A DNA stretch of 64,000 nt from Amphiscolops sp. MND2022 (taxonomy: Eukaryota). The notes under the pieces were generated by a model, which saw only the letters and a program-made list of their open reading frames with translations, ran no database searches and was not told the DNA's origin. Positions 1-10,375 of this stretch are shown in pieces; the stretch's first letter is position 1; every line of letters starts with the position of its first letter. Location: the NCBI GenBank assembly GCA_964187785.1, contig OZ076409.1, positions 310,001 to 374,000 of the forward strand, in the 5' to 3' direction. The position numbers and the translations under genes are program-made.

Positions 1-72
1 AAGAGACTGCTCCTGAAGAAGAGACTGCTCCCGGAGGAGAGATTGCTCTTGAAGAAGAGACTGCTCTGAAAG
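1..72 (+). repeat. 18-bp coding tandem repeat (EEETAP-like) in the JmjC N-terminal region
   Basis: gaagaagagactgctc(c/t) units repeated about 4 times; the array runs off the window edge. Confidence 0.75.
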
Positions 73-1520
73 AAAAACAAAAGATACCGGAAATTGAACT
101 GCCGTATTTAGATTCCTTCAAATGGGGTTCAAACAATCGTTCCAAAGTTGGGTCAAAAAAGTTTTTGGATTTAATTCGAGGGAAAGTACCAGTCACCCAA
201 AGTTTCACTGTCAACAACCGCCAGGATTTCAAGAACCGAATGACGAGAAGTACACCATGTCCTGTAGTTTTGAGACAAGCTAGGGGCAAACTTGCTGGTC
301 TTGTTGTTCCTAGTGCCATACACGGTACCTTCCGTAAATTAACTGAGGGAATCCCTTGCAGCAGGAAAGTAAATGTGTGTTTTTCAGCACTCCAGGAAGT
401 GGAGAACAATATGACCTTGGCAAGTTTTTTGGGGCATCATGAAGACCCATTCCGCGAGCGAGATCTTCATCCAATGAACATCATCGACCTTGACATTGGT
501 CCGCATCAGAGGACAATGAAACACACATTTTCGATTCCAAACTTGATAAAAGAATATTCTCTGGGTCATACTTACACCTCAAGAATGGATCCCTCAATCC
601 GAGAAGAGTTTGACTTCACTGCTGGCATCAGCAATTACCTCTTGATGACTGAACAGGAAGCACAGACGGATTGGCATCAGGATTTCACCGGAAGTTCTGT
701 TTTTTACTTTTTGTTGAAGGGAAGGAAAGAATTTTTCATCGTGGAGCCAACCCAGAAAGCCCAACAGCGTTTTGACGAATGGCGAGAGAGTGAATGGAAA
801 AGGTTTGTAAAAAGGAAAACTCAGTTTTTACTTCAGTTTAGATTAATAATTGTGATCTTTTTCCTTATTGTTAAGTTGTAATTGGTTATGTGATTGTTGT
901 CAACAACTGTTAAAAGCTGAAGGTTATGACTGAAGATATTTCCAAAAAAGGGTTTGCTTTTCACGAGTTACAAGATACCTTCAAGGGGCTGAAACTTCTT
1001 AGAAAATTTCCGATGTTTAAAGTAGAAGTTAGTTCTCTCAACTTTGATTAATGTTGTTTTCAGCTCCACTTTCTTCGGTTTCCATCGAGATGTCACATGC
1101 TATCATATTGTGGTAGAAGAAGGAGACGCTATCTTCTTACCAAGCCAGTGGATTCACTTTGTTCACACCCCTGTTGATAGCATTGCTTATGCGTGTAACT
1201 TCATTATGGAAACCCACCTCCACCAGAGTGCCCTAGCCTTCAAGAAGGAGCTAGACGCAGGTTTGGCAAGACGTTTCTTGTTCCCAAACTTCCCAGGTTT
1301 GATAGTGATGCAGCTCTACATGGAATGGGCTAATAAAAACCGCGTGAGTCCTATCACGAAAGCCGCCATGCGTGAGATGCTGCAGATCATAAAAGCTGAT
1401 GAGCGACCAACTGGTAAAGAATTTCCGCTGGAAAATCCCTGGGCAGAGTTCTTGTATCGCTATGCAGCAACTGTCAGCGACTTGCATTGGGATGTAATTG
1501 AGGATTGGCTACAACGTTGA
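1..1520 (+). CDS. JmjC-domain histone lysine demethylase-like protein (KDM2/KDM7-PHF8 type), 5'-partial; exons <1-802 and 1064-1520
   Basis: Frame open from nt 3. GT 803..AG 1063 phase-2 intron joins ORFs 165-881 and 1044-1520 in frame (EWK-S-STFFG). Motifs QTDWHQDFTGSSVFYFLLKGRKEF and GDAIFLPSQWIHFVHTPVDSIAYACNF match the KDM2/KDM7 pattern TDFHxDFGGTSVWY..KG.K / FIPxGWIHAVxTPxDS; HxD...H triad intact. Confidence 0.9.
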
Positions 1521-1710
1521 GGAGAAACAACAGAGTCCAGAAAGTGCAGCTTGAGGAAGTCTTCAATTTCAGTTTCAAAACTTGATTTTCGGCTCTTTAT
1601 TGACTGATGAACATGCAAACAGTTTGCTTTCTTTATTTAGTGTCATGTGTTTTTTACTTACTGAGCACTTTTGCTTACTTTTTTTACTTACGTAGTAAAT
1701 ACTATACCAG

Positions 1711-2109
1711 CAGAGGTGTGATCGCTAACAATTTTATCGCAAATCGCTAACATCGCTAATGGCTTGATTTCATCGCTATCGCTACAACAAAATGGGTGGT
1801 TCGCTAACGCTATCACTATTTTAAAAACCTGATTTTCAGAAAGATCATATGAAAATTTCAGAATGTACTTTAAAATTAATAAATTTTGAAGTTTTGGGCA
1901 AATTGTACTTCGCCTACAAAGCCGGGCTCATCGAATAACTGTTCGAAAGGAAAAAGCCAAAATGATGTGTCAAGTTATTCGCAATAATTTTTTGCATTAG
2001 TTAATTTTGAATTTCTAGTTGAAAACATGTTCGCTAACGCTTTAATTTGTCGCTAACTATCGCTATCGCTAATTCATGCTGAATTGTCGCTATCGCTGTC
2101 ATACCTCTG
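1711..2109. mobile_element. hAT-type MITE (~400 bp)
   Basis: TIR cagaggtgtga / tcatacctctg (10/11); 8-bp TSD tataccag (1703-1710) / tatacaag (2110-2117); many subterminal tcgcta motifs. Confidence 0.85.
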
Positions 2110-2476
2110 TATACAAGGTATAGAAAAAAATCGAAAGTTTCTTATGATGAATGTACAAATGTTGTGGATTTTGAGAATTCAAGAGAACAATTGAGGCAAA
2201 AAATTCAGCCTCAACTCTGAATTTGCTCAATGATTCTTCCGACTTGTAGGCTACGTGTAACTTTGTTTTTGCTTAAATCAATTGTTACTACCTTACAGAA
2301 TCTGGAAGTATCAGTTGTACTAATGGTCTTTCGTAATTAAAGCATTTCTTCGGAGTGGTTTTTTAATTCAATGTTTTGTAAGCTTACAAATGTACATCGA
2401 GTTCACTAGTGAGATGGGGTTAGAAACGATTTCTTGTCTGTCAGGACTTCTTTAAACGTAACTTTCTAGGACTTGA

Positions 2477-5400
2477 ATGTCAACAAGAAGTGCTGCCCGC
2501 AAAGCAGAGCCCTGGAGCTCTTTTCTTTACTCAGACCCAGAAGGCTTCCAAGTGAAAACTGTACAGTTTGCAAACGGGGCCACGGGGCGAGGGCTTTTCG
2601 CTAACAGAAGTTTTGACGACAAAGAATTTTTGCTCACTTACTGGGGACCGAGAAGTACAACAAAAACGTCCAACTTCGACTATGTGATGGAACTGCAAGA
2701 AGGGAAACAAGCGGTATTCATTGACACTTCTGACGAAAAGAATTCAGGAATGGCTCGATTCATCAACGACAAGGACAGAGCAGTGGCTGCTAACTGTCGG
2801 ATGAAGAAGGTCACTGATGACCAAGGTAGAAACCATTGCATCTTCCTGGCAACTCGCCCGATTCAGTCTGGTTAGTTTGTTTTTTTTTACAAGACAGAAA
2901 GCCATTTAAGGCACTGAGTGTGAGTCCCACCAAGTTCCAGTGAAAAAGGTATCAGTGTCCCAGCAAGTGTTGATCAAAGCGTAACGATACATTGAACGGT
3001 TTTGCAGTAATACACACTTGGAAGTACCAGGCTATTATTTTACACTGCCTTAACGGTTTCGTAGCAAATTCCAGGCATTTTGCACTATGTTTCGTATGAG
3101 GTACCACCAAGGCTGAGTAAAAAACGGAATCTATGTCCCACCAATTCTGGTATCGTAAACGGCCTTATTTTTGCACGGCCTTAACGGGACATCTGAAAAT
3201 TGAAAAACACTGCCTATTGCCGAAGTTTCCACCGAAGTCATTTTTGTGAGACAATTAAAAGAAACAATTCTCAATTGATCATTCTTGTTTATCCGTTCAT
3301 ATTCACAGGTGAGGAGTTGCGCTATGATTATGGTTTTCCTCATGCAGAATGGAGACGAAATCCTCAAGCTCCGGGAACCAAAAGTAATATAGATAATATA
3401 GAAGCCGCTGATTCCAAAAACAAAATATCTCGTAATGTGGACGAGCCCTTCATAACAGTGACAAGGAAGAAGAAACTGGAAACTCTCTTCAAACAATCTG
3501 GACCTGAAAAAGAAAAACCCGGTGATTCCGAAAAAAGAATTTCATCAACAACGCAAAGAAAAGGAAAAGAATCTGAAGTTCCAGTGAAAGAGGTTTCCAA
3601 TTTGTATCCCAATCTTAGTGCGAAGAACCTCACAATTCCACTTCAGCCTGTGCCATTGCAATCATGCAACGAATCTAACAACATTGAGATACAAAACGCA
3701 GCGGACACAGTAGAAAAACCTCCTAACACATTACACAACAATGCGGGGGACACGGAACAGAGGATCTCAACAAAGTCATCGCAAAACCAATCTAGCAAAG
3801 TTGAGAAAAGCAAAACTACTGACACAGAAGAGAAGACTCTTAACCCGTTACGCAAAGAAGGGGACACGGAACTGAGGATCTCAACAAAATCATCGCAAAA
3901 CCAATCTAGCAAAGTTGAGAAAAACAAAACTACTGACACAGAAGAGAAGGCTCTTAACCCGTTACGCAAAGAAGGGGACACGGAACCGAGGATCTCAACA
4001 AAATCATCGCAAAACCAATCTAGCAAAGTTGAGAAAAACAAAACTACTGACACAGAAGAGAGACGGGGGGCCACGGAACCGAGGATCTCAACAAAATCAT
4101 CGCAAAACCAGTCTAGCAAAGTTGAGAAAAACAAAACTACTGACACAGAAGAGAAAGCTCCTAACCCGTTACGCAAAGACGGGGACACGGAACCGAGGAT
4201 CTCAACAAAATCATCGCAAACCCAATCTAGCAAAGTTGAGAAAAACAAAACTACTGACACAGAAGAGAAAGCTCCTAACCCGTTACGCAAAGACGGGGAC
4301 ACGGAACCGAGGATCTCAACAAAATCATCGCAAAACCAATCTAGCAAAGTTGAGAAAAACAAAACTACTGACACAGAAGAGAAGGCTCCTAACCCGTTAC
4401 GCAAAGACGGGGACACGGAACCGAGGATCTCAACAAAATCATCGCAAAACAAATCTAGCAAAAATGAGAAAAACAAAACTACTGACACAGAAGAGAAGGC
4501 TCCTAACCCGTTACGCAAAGACGGGGACACGAAACCGAGGATCTCAACAAAATCATCGCAAAACCAATCTAGCAATGTTGAGAAAAACAAAACTACTGAC
4601 ACAGAAGCGAAAGCTTCTAAACAACCACGGAAACCGAAGAATGTAACTAGAAGCATTGAAGCATCGTATGCCAAAATGACTGAACTAGAAGGAAGAAAAC
4701 CAAAAACACCTTTTGGAGCCAAAAACGAATGTATAATACCTCAGAAGGTAAGCACAATTTCATTAATTACCCGTTTAAGATTTGAAATTACTGACTTTTT
4801 GAAAAATCTTTTTTTGGTTGCGTTTGCACCTCAAAGTGAAAACAATTTGATGGCTTTCATGCACCTCATTCATTGAAGTGCCACAGGATTTTAAAATCAT
4901 GCTGGTAAAAGTTTTTTTTTTAATTGTTAAGTTTAATCATGTGAAAAGAATTTTGCATGTAAAAACAAACGCATTGTGAACGAATATAGATTATAATGCT
5001 TCATCATCTGGAAATAACCTCAATACAATTTTAGTCCAAAAGGAAGCCACTGTGGTTTTAGAGCGAAATATTTTTTTCGGAACTGTGTTGTTCCCGAAAG
5101 AATAAGATTCTCCCTTTTTAAGCAGTTGGAGCTCTCTGAGGGAACATCAAGGGCTTTGAGAATTCTCAACAAAGGACGCGAATACTTAACGCCGAACCCT
5201 GAGGAAGATTTGGATTCTGACTCAGCCGAAGAACACAGCAACATACCTGAACAATCAAGCGAGAGTTCCAGCGACGATTCGTCGTCGGAAACATCTGAAT
5301 CTTCAGGTGAAAGTTACATTGTTGATGAGGATGAAGGTAGCGAGGAACTGTCTTCAGAAGAAGAAACAGAAACTGCATCAACAGCTGAAAGAGCGCCAAG

Positions 5401-8400
5401 TACACCCAATAAAGTTTCATCAAATCAGACAGTGGTATTGGGAGAAGGCATTTCTCAGATCAGTGAGAGTAGTTATCAGACCGCACTAGCTTCAACGTCG
5501 TCTACAAGACCAGATGATGTTGCAAACACTATGGACGGCTATGATAACATTGAAGACGACATGCAACAATATGTCAACGCTAATTGTTCCGGAAAATGGA
5601 GATTCAACTCAAAGTATCTCAGGAAGATCCAGATTGTTGTCTCTGAAGGTAAATACAAAAAGAAGAAATGTTGTCTTTACTGTCCTTTCGAAGATATCAA
5701 AGATGCGACAATGGTCGCCAAATTACATCGCCATTTGCAATCATTCCATCAAAGAGAGCTCCGCGTCAGTAACCTTAGGCGAATAAATCTAGAAATAGAA
5801 GAATTAGAAGGAAGTAAGGAAATCGCGACAACTGAACGCGATTTGAGGAAACTTCATAAAGAGAAAGAGCAAACATACCGCTTGATCACATATGAAGGCC
5901 AGTACAAATATAACATCGCGGTTTTCAAAAAATGCATAGATACGAACAGATTCACTGACAAACTGATCGTAGTCAGGGACCCAACGGAAACGGAGAATCC
6001 AACAGCTGATAACTATGCTCCTTGTCCTGATTGTCTTGGCTTCTTCATGAGAAAAACCATGTACCGGCACAAACTAGACTGCCCGGCAGTTACCAAGTCT
6101 AGCCATAAGGAAGGAAAAAACAAAAACATCAAAGCTGCCATCTTTGCGTTGATGCTTGAAATCAAAGCAAATCATAACACACCATTCCAGGAATTCCTTT
6201 ATAACAATTTAAGAAACGATCCAGTTGCAGAACTAATACGAAATGACCCCCTTATAAAGTATGTTGGGGAATATTATTTCAACAAGCGAAAATCAGACGA
6301 AGGCTACAATCAGATCAGGGACAGAATGCGAGTAATGGCCAAACTTGTTCTCCAACTGGAATGCTCATATTTGATTGAACTAATCAGACCAGACATGTGG
6401 TCAAAAGTGAAAGAAGCGGTGTCAAAAAATTTTGCAAAATCCTACCAAGTGAAAATGGGATCGATTCTGAAAACAGCTGCTGCATTTCTGCAAAATCAAG
6501 CTTTCGTGTGGGAGAAGAAGGAGATATCTCAACAAGCTAAACAGTTTCAGAAAATTACTGACACTGAATGGGCTCAAATATCCGCACCTGCTAAATACGA
6601 GTAAGTTGGAACCATTCAAAAACTATTGAGGCAAATATTTACAAAAAGTATCGAATTTTGGCAAAAATTTGAAAAACAATTGTAGTTTCGGAGTGTGAGA
6701 AACGTAGTGGAACTTTGTCCAAAATAGTTACTTAGCCAATTTCAGTCGTTTTGCTCTAGTCCTTATAGCGGGCCCACCTTTTATGTCTCACTTAGTGTGC
6801 GTCCCACCAAGGCCAAGTAAAAGAGCGGGTTTATGTCCCACTAAGTCTGGTTTGCTCAACAATTCAAGTAAAAGAAGCCACAATGTAAAAAGTTGCTCCA
6901 CACGTTTTATTTAGGCCCCCTAAAACTAGCTGATAAACGTTTTCAGCCTTTTCTTTCCCAAATCTAATCACCTTGTGTTTTTCTAGGTTGGTCAAGAAGC
7001 AAAATGAGAGCATACATCTGGTTATTCCCACTACGGACATCCTTAAATTCCGGCAAAGCATTGGAAAAAAAAGTGCGAGAACTCCTCGAACTGACTAAGT
7101 ATAACTATGCCGAACTCAAACTAACTGTGATAGCTGATCTTGTTAGTTTCAACAAGAAGCGTGATCGTGAAGTTTCTGGAATCAAAAGAAGAGATATGAT
7201 ACTACAACGGAGTCTTGCCAGTGAACGAGCAAAGACAGCGGATAACGAGCTCGTGAAGCTTACAAAACTAGAGGAAAAGTTCGCAGAAGTCTACACACTC
7301 CTCCGACTTCCTGGTAAGGGAGGAAAAGTTGTCCCTGTGCTGGTGCCACCGGACACACTCAAACTTATTGATATCATGATAAATGATGACAACTTGAAAA
7401 ATGAAACGTACTTCTTCCAAACAGAAGGTGGAAAACTGCATTACCGGAGCGCTGAGGCCCTGAACAAGTTCGCTAAAGACTTTGAGCTGGAGAACAAACC
7501 TTTGTTCAGGTCAACGAAGCTTCGAAAGTATATGGCGACAGCAGCACAGTTTTTGAACTTACCACAGCACCAGAGGACTTGGGTTGCTGATTTTCTGGGT
7601 CATGACTTAAGGGTTCACGACAAGTATTACAGGATGCACACTGATGCCGTAAATCTAGCAAAAGTTACAAAATTGTTGTATATGGTCGACAGCGGTAAAC
7701 TCGAGGAAGCCTATTCGAAAGATCTTGACACAATTCAACCAACACTGGAGGATGGCGAGTTGGACGACTCGGTTAGTTTTGTAGTTTTTGAAAATATCAG
7801 TCCGGATTAAATAAAAAAAATAGGTTTTGATATTTGTACTATTGCAATAAAGAAAATCCCCTACGGGTCCGGGAATAATCTATCGAAAAAAAACAAAAAC
7901 CCACTGAAACATTACATGCTGGAATTCAATTTCAGTTATAATTATCATAAGTATAATCATAACATGCAATCCAACGCTAGTTTGTGAAGATGAAGATATT
8001 TGATTGGGAATTGGTTAAAAAGAAACGCAATGTGATCTAAAGTCGATTGCTTCAGAACTTGGTCGTCCAAAGTCAATGAACTCAATATTATTTGCTCCAT
8101 CTGGCAAATCTGGAAAACATTGATTTTCAAGAGATCAGTAACTTCGTGTCCAGTTTTAACATAGCACGCGGAAAAGAAATTCAAACCTATTCAGGAACTG
8201 TCATCAACTGGAAAGAATAGATTTTTTCTTACCTATTTTTTTATAAAGCCAACCATTGATTCTTCTGATTACTTCAGATAACAGTACAATCAATTTCATT
8301 TAATTCGTAACCGGATAATTCGGATCTTCGTTTATTTTCGTATAAAGTTTCTACTGAAGCAATACAAACCTCTTCTTCACATTGCGTTTCTTTTGGATCA

Positions 8401-9065
8401 TACTCCCAACGAAACAATACACATCTTAATTGTGCATAATACACATGCATCTAGGCAATGCAGGCCTATTCTCTATCACGTCGCGTTTCTTTTCAAAACT
8501 CTCTTTTCAAAACATCAAAGAGTATTGTAACTTTTAAACTATAAAACTTTTGAATTTAAAATTATAAAATAGTAACTTAGCCAAAACAAAGTCGTTTAGT
8601 TAGAAACAGGTTGACTTCATTTGAGTAATTGGAATTTGTTTTTTCAAGGATAACGAAACCGAAGTCCAAGACGATACCAATCATGCGAGATCCGGTGACG
8701 GCGCAGAAAATTCACTGAGAAGGTCCAAGGCCTCAACCTCGGGAAGCAAAAACAGTCTCTCACTTGGAACAGGCGATGGTGACACGGGTGACATTTCGGA
8801 TGAATTTAATACAACAATCAAAAGGAATCGAAAGAAAACTACTGGTGGTAAGAAAAAGCCTAAGCCTGGTGGTACTACACGACGAACATGGCCGCTGGAT
8901 CAAGAAAAAAGGCTGAGGAAACAATTCCGAGAAGAGATGAAGCAAGGACGACTGCCTGGCCGAGCAGTTTGTTTGGAGGCAATGAAAAAATATCCCCATG
9001 CTTCAAAGTGGCAGGATATCAAAGATAAAATACGGAACATGACCATCAGTGACGCAAGAAAATGA
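2477..9065 (+). CDS. SET domain - tandem repeat - acidic - Zn finger - tyrosine recombinase - Myb/SANT-like fusion protein; exons 2477-2870, 3309-4747, 5126-6600, 6987-7771, 8649-9065; one apparent frameshift near 7048-7072
   Basis: All four introns are GT..AG with matching phases (1,0,2,0). SET: GRGLFA, ARFIND..NC, IFLATRPIQSG|EELRYDYG. Zn fingers: CCLYC..LHRHLQSFH, CPDCLGFF..YRHKLDC. YR: FNKKRDREVS (R), GKGGKVVP (K), RSTKLRKYMAT (R), LGHDLRVHDKYY (H, Y). Last exon RRTWPLDQEKRL..LPGRAVC..KWQDIKDKIRN, stop 9063-9065, AATAAA 9203-9208. Confidence 0.85.
3746..4622 (+). repeat. 114-bp (38-aa) coding tandem repeat, about 8 copies
   Basis: Units start at 3746, 3860, 3974, 4067, 4181, 4295, 4409, 4523; the third unit is 93 bp (in-frame 21-bp deletion); encodes GDTEPRISTKSSQNQSSKVEKNKTTDTEEKAPNPLRKD. 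Confidence 0.95.
7960..8460. repeat. Degenerate inverted repeat / foldback element in the last intron of the YR gene
   Basis: aaaagaaacgcaatgtga (~8017) pairs with tcacattgcgtttctttt (~8377); attgcttcag (~8047) pairs with ctgaagcaat (~8354); ttgggaat pairs with actcccaa further out. Confidence 0.55.
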
Positions 9066-9564
9066 TCAGTTATCAGTGACAGGATAACAATAATTGAAGG
9101 ATAAAGTCATATGAACTTTCACTCGAGTATGAAACTTACCTTTTCAAACAAATCCAGGTTTTACGATACTTGACTTGAGTTGTAACAACGTTGTTTGGGC
9201 TGAATAAAAGATTTGCAATGACTTGGATTTTTAATTTACCAGTCAACTTGTTACTAGCTAACTGTGTACTGTCAAGAGTAAAGTATATGAAAATTATTCA
9301 GAAGGTGTACAAAAAATATGGGGTTACCGAGAAAATTTTATCTGTCACTTTGACTAAAACCAATGATTATCAGTACCTTGAGTCCATTTGAAAATTGCCC
9401 AAAGACTGGTCACCAGGGATTGAAAAATATTAAATGCGTGAACAATTAATAATTAAAGTCAATATAATGACTGCAATAAATTTCCAGCCAATTTCGTTGT
9501 GTCTTTGCTCTCTCCAATGACAGAGTTTCATTCGTAAAGAATAACATTCGGAAAACAGAATTAT

Positions 9565-10295
9565 GTTTTGAGGTCCCACCAATGCATGTCAATAAGTATT
9601 CTTGATAGCTGAAAATCGCTGAAAAGATTTTGTGTTAAGGTCCCACCAATGCATGTCAATAAGTATTCTTGATAGCTGAAAATCGCTGAAAAGATTTTGT
9701 GTTAAGGTCCCACCAATGCATGTCAATAAGTATTCTTGATAGCTGAAAATCGCTGAAAAGATTTTGTGTTAAGGTCCCACCAATGCATGTCAAAAAGTAT
9801 TCTTGATAGCTGAAAATCGCCAAAAAGATTTTGTGTTTAAGTCCCACCAATGCATGTCAATAAGTTTTCTTGATAGCTGAAAATCGCTGAAAAGATTTTG
9901 TGTTAAGGTCCCACCAATGCATGTCAATAAGTATTCTTGATAGCTGAAAATCGCTGAAAAGATTTTGTGTTAAGGTCCCACCAATGCATGTCAATAAGTA
10001 TTCTTGATAGCTGAAAATCGCTGAAAAGATTTTGTGTTAAGGTCCCACCAATGCATGTCAATAAGTATTCTTGATAGCTGAAAATCGCTGAAAATATTTT
10101 GTGTTAAGGTCCCACCAATGCATGTCAATAAGTATTCTTGATAGCTGAAAATCGCCAAAAAGATTTTGTGTTAAGGTCCCACCAATGCATGTCAATAAGT
10201 ATTATTAATAGCCAAGTTAAAGATTTTGTGTATGTCCCACCAAGGGAAAAGTGTGTACGTCCCACCTTATGCCCGTTTCGTGTACGGACCCACCA
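9565..10295 (+). repeat. 67-bp subterminal tandem array (10 copies plus degenerate terminal motifs)
   Basis: GTCCCACC at 9573, 9640, 9707, 9774, 9841, 9908, 9975, 10042, 10109, 10176, then 10234, 10259 and a variant near 10287; units nearly identical. Confidence 0.95.
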
Positions 10296-10310
10296 AGTGC
10301 TACTTCGTAC

Positions 10311-10313
<3 letters not shown>

Positions 10314-10367
<54 letters not shown>
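10314..10367 (+). repeat. (TG)27 microsatellite, probable target site of the YR element
   Basis: Perfect TG run directly after the last GTCCCACC-like motifs and a few nt before a host 3' splice site (AG 10374-10375). Confidence 0.95.
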
Positions 10368-10369
<2 letters not shown>

Positions 10370-10375
10370 CTTCAG

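Larger units (their letters stand above)
1..10313 (+). mobile_element. Large tyrosine-recombinase DNA transposon (CryptonV-like), right part; left end outside the window; carries a SET-YR gene and probably a JmjC gene
   Basis: Spliced YR gene (2477-9065), subterminal 67-bp GTCCCACC array (9565-10295), abrupt end at (TG)n 10314-10367, no TIR/TSD seen at the right end. Inclusion of the JmjC gene is inferred from adjacency, strand, AT-rich style and position inside a host intron. Confidence 0.75.

Noticed and set aside
3643..4722. 359-aa minus-strand ORF and 243-aa alternative-frame ORF (3915-4646)
   Set aside because: Shadows of the stop-free 114-bp repeat; the SET-linked frame explains the region.
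5126..7810. Prophage or bacterial integrase (contamination)
   Set aside because: The YR gene has phase-consistent spliceosomal introns, a polyA signal and eukaryotic SET and Zn-finger domains.
9565..10295. CRISPR-like array
   Set aside because: Units are near-identical along their whole 67 bp with no unique spacers; no cas genes; eukaryotic context.
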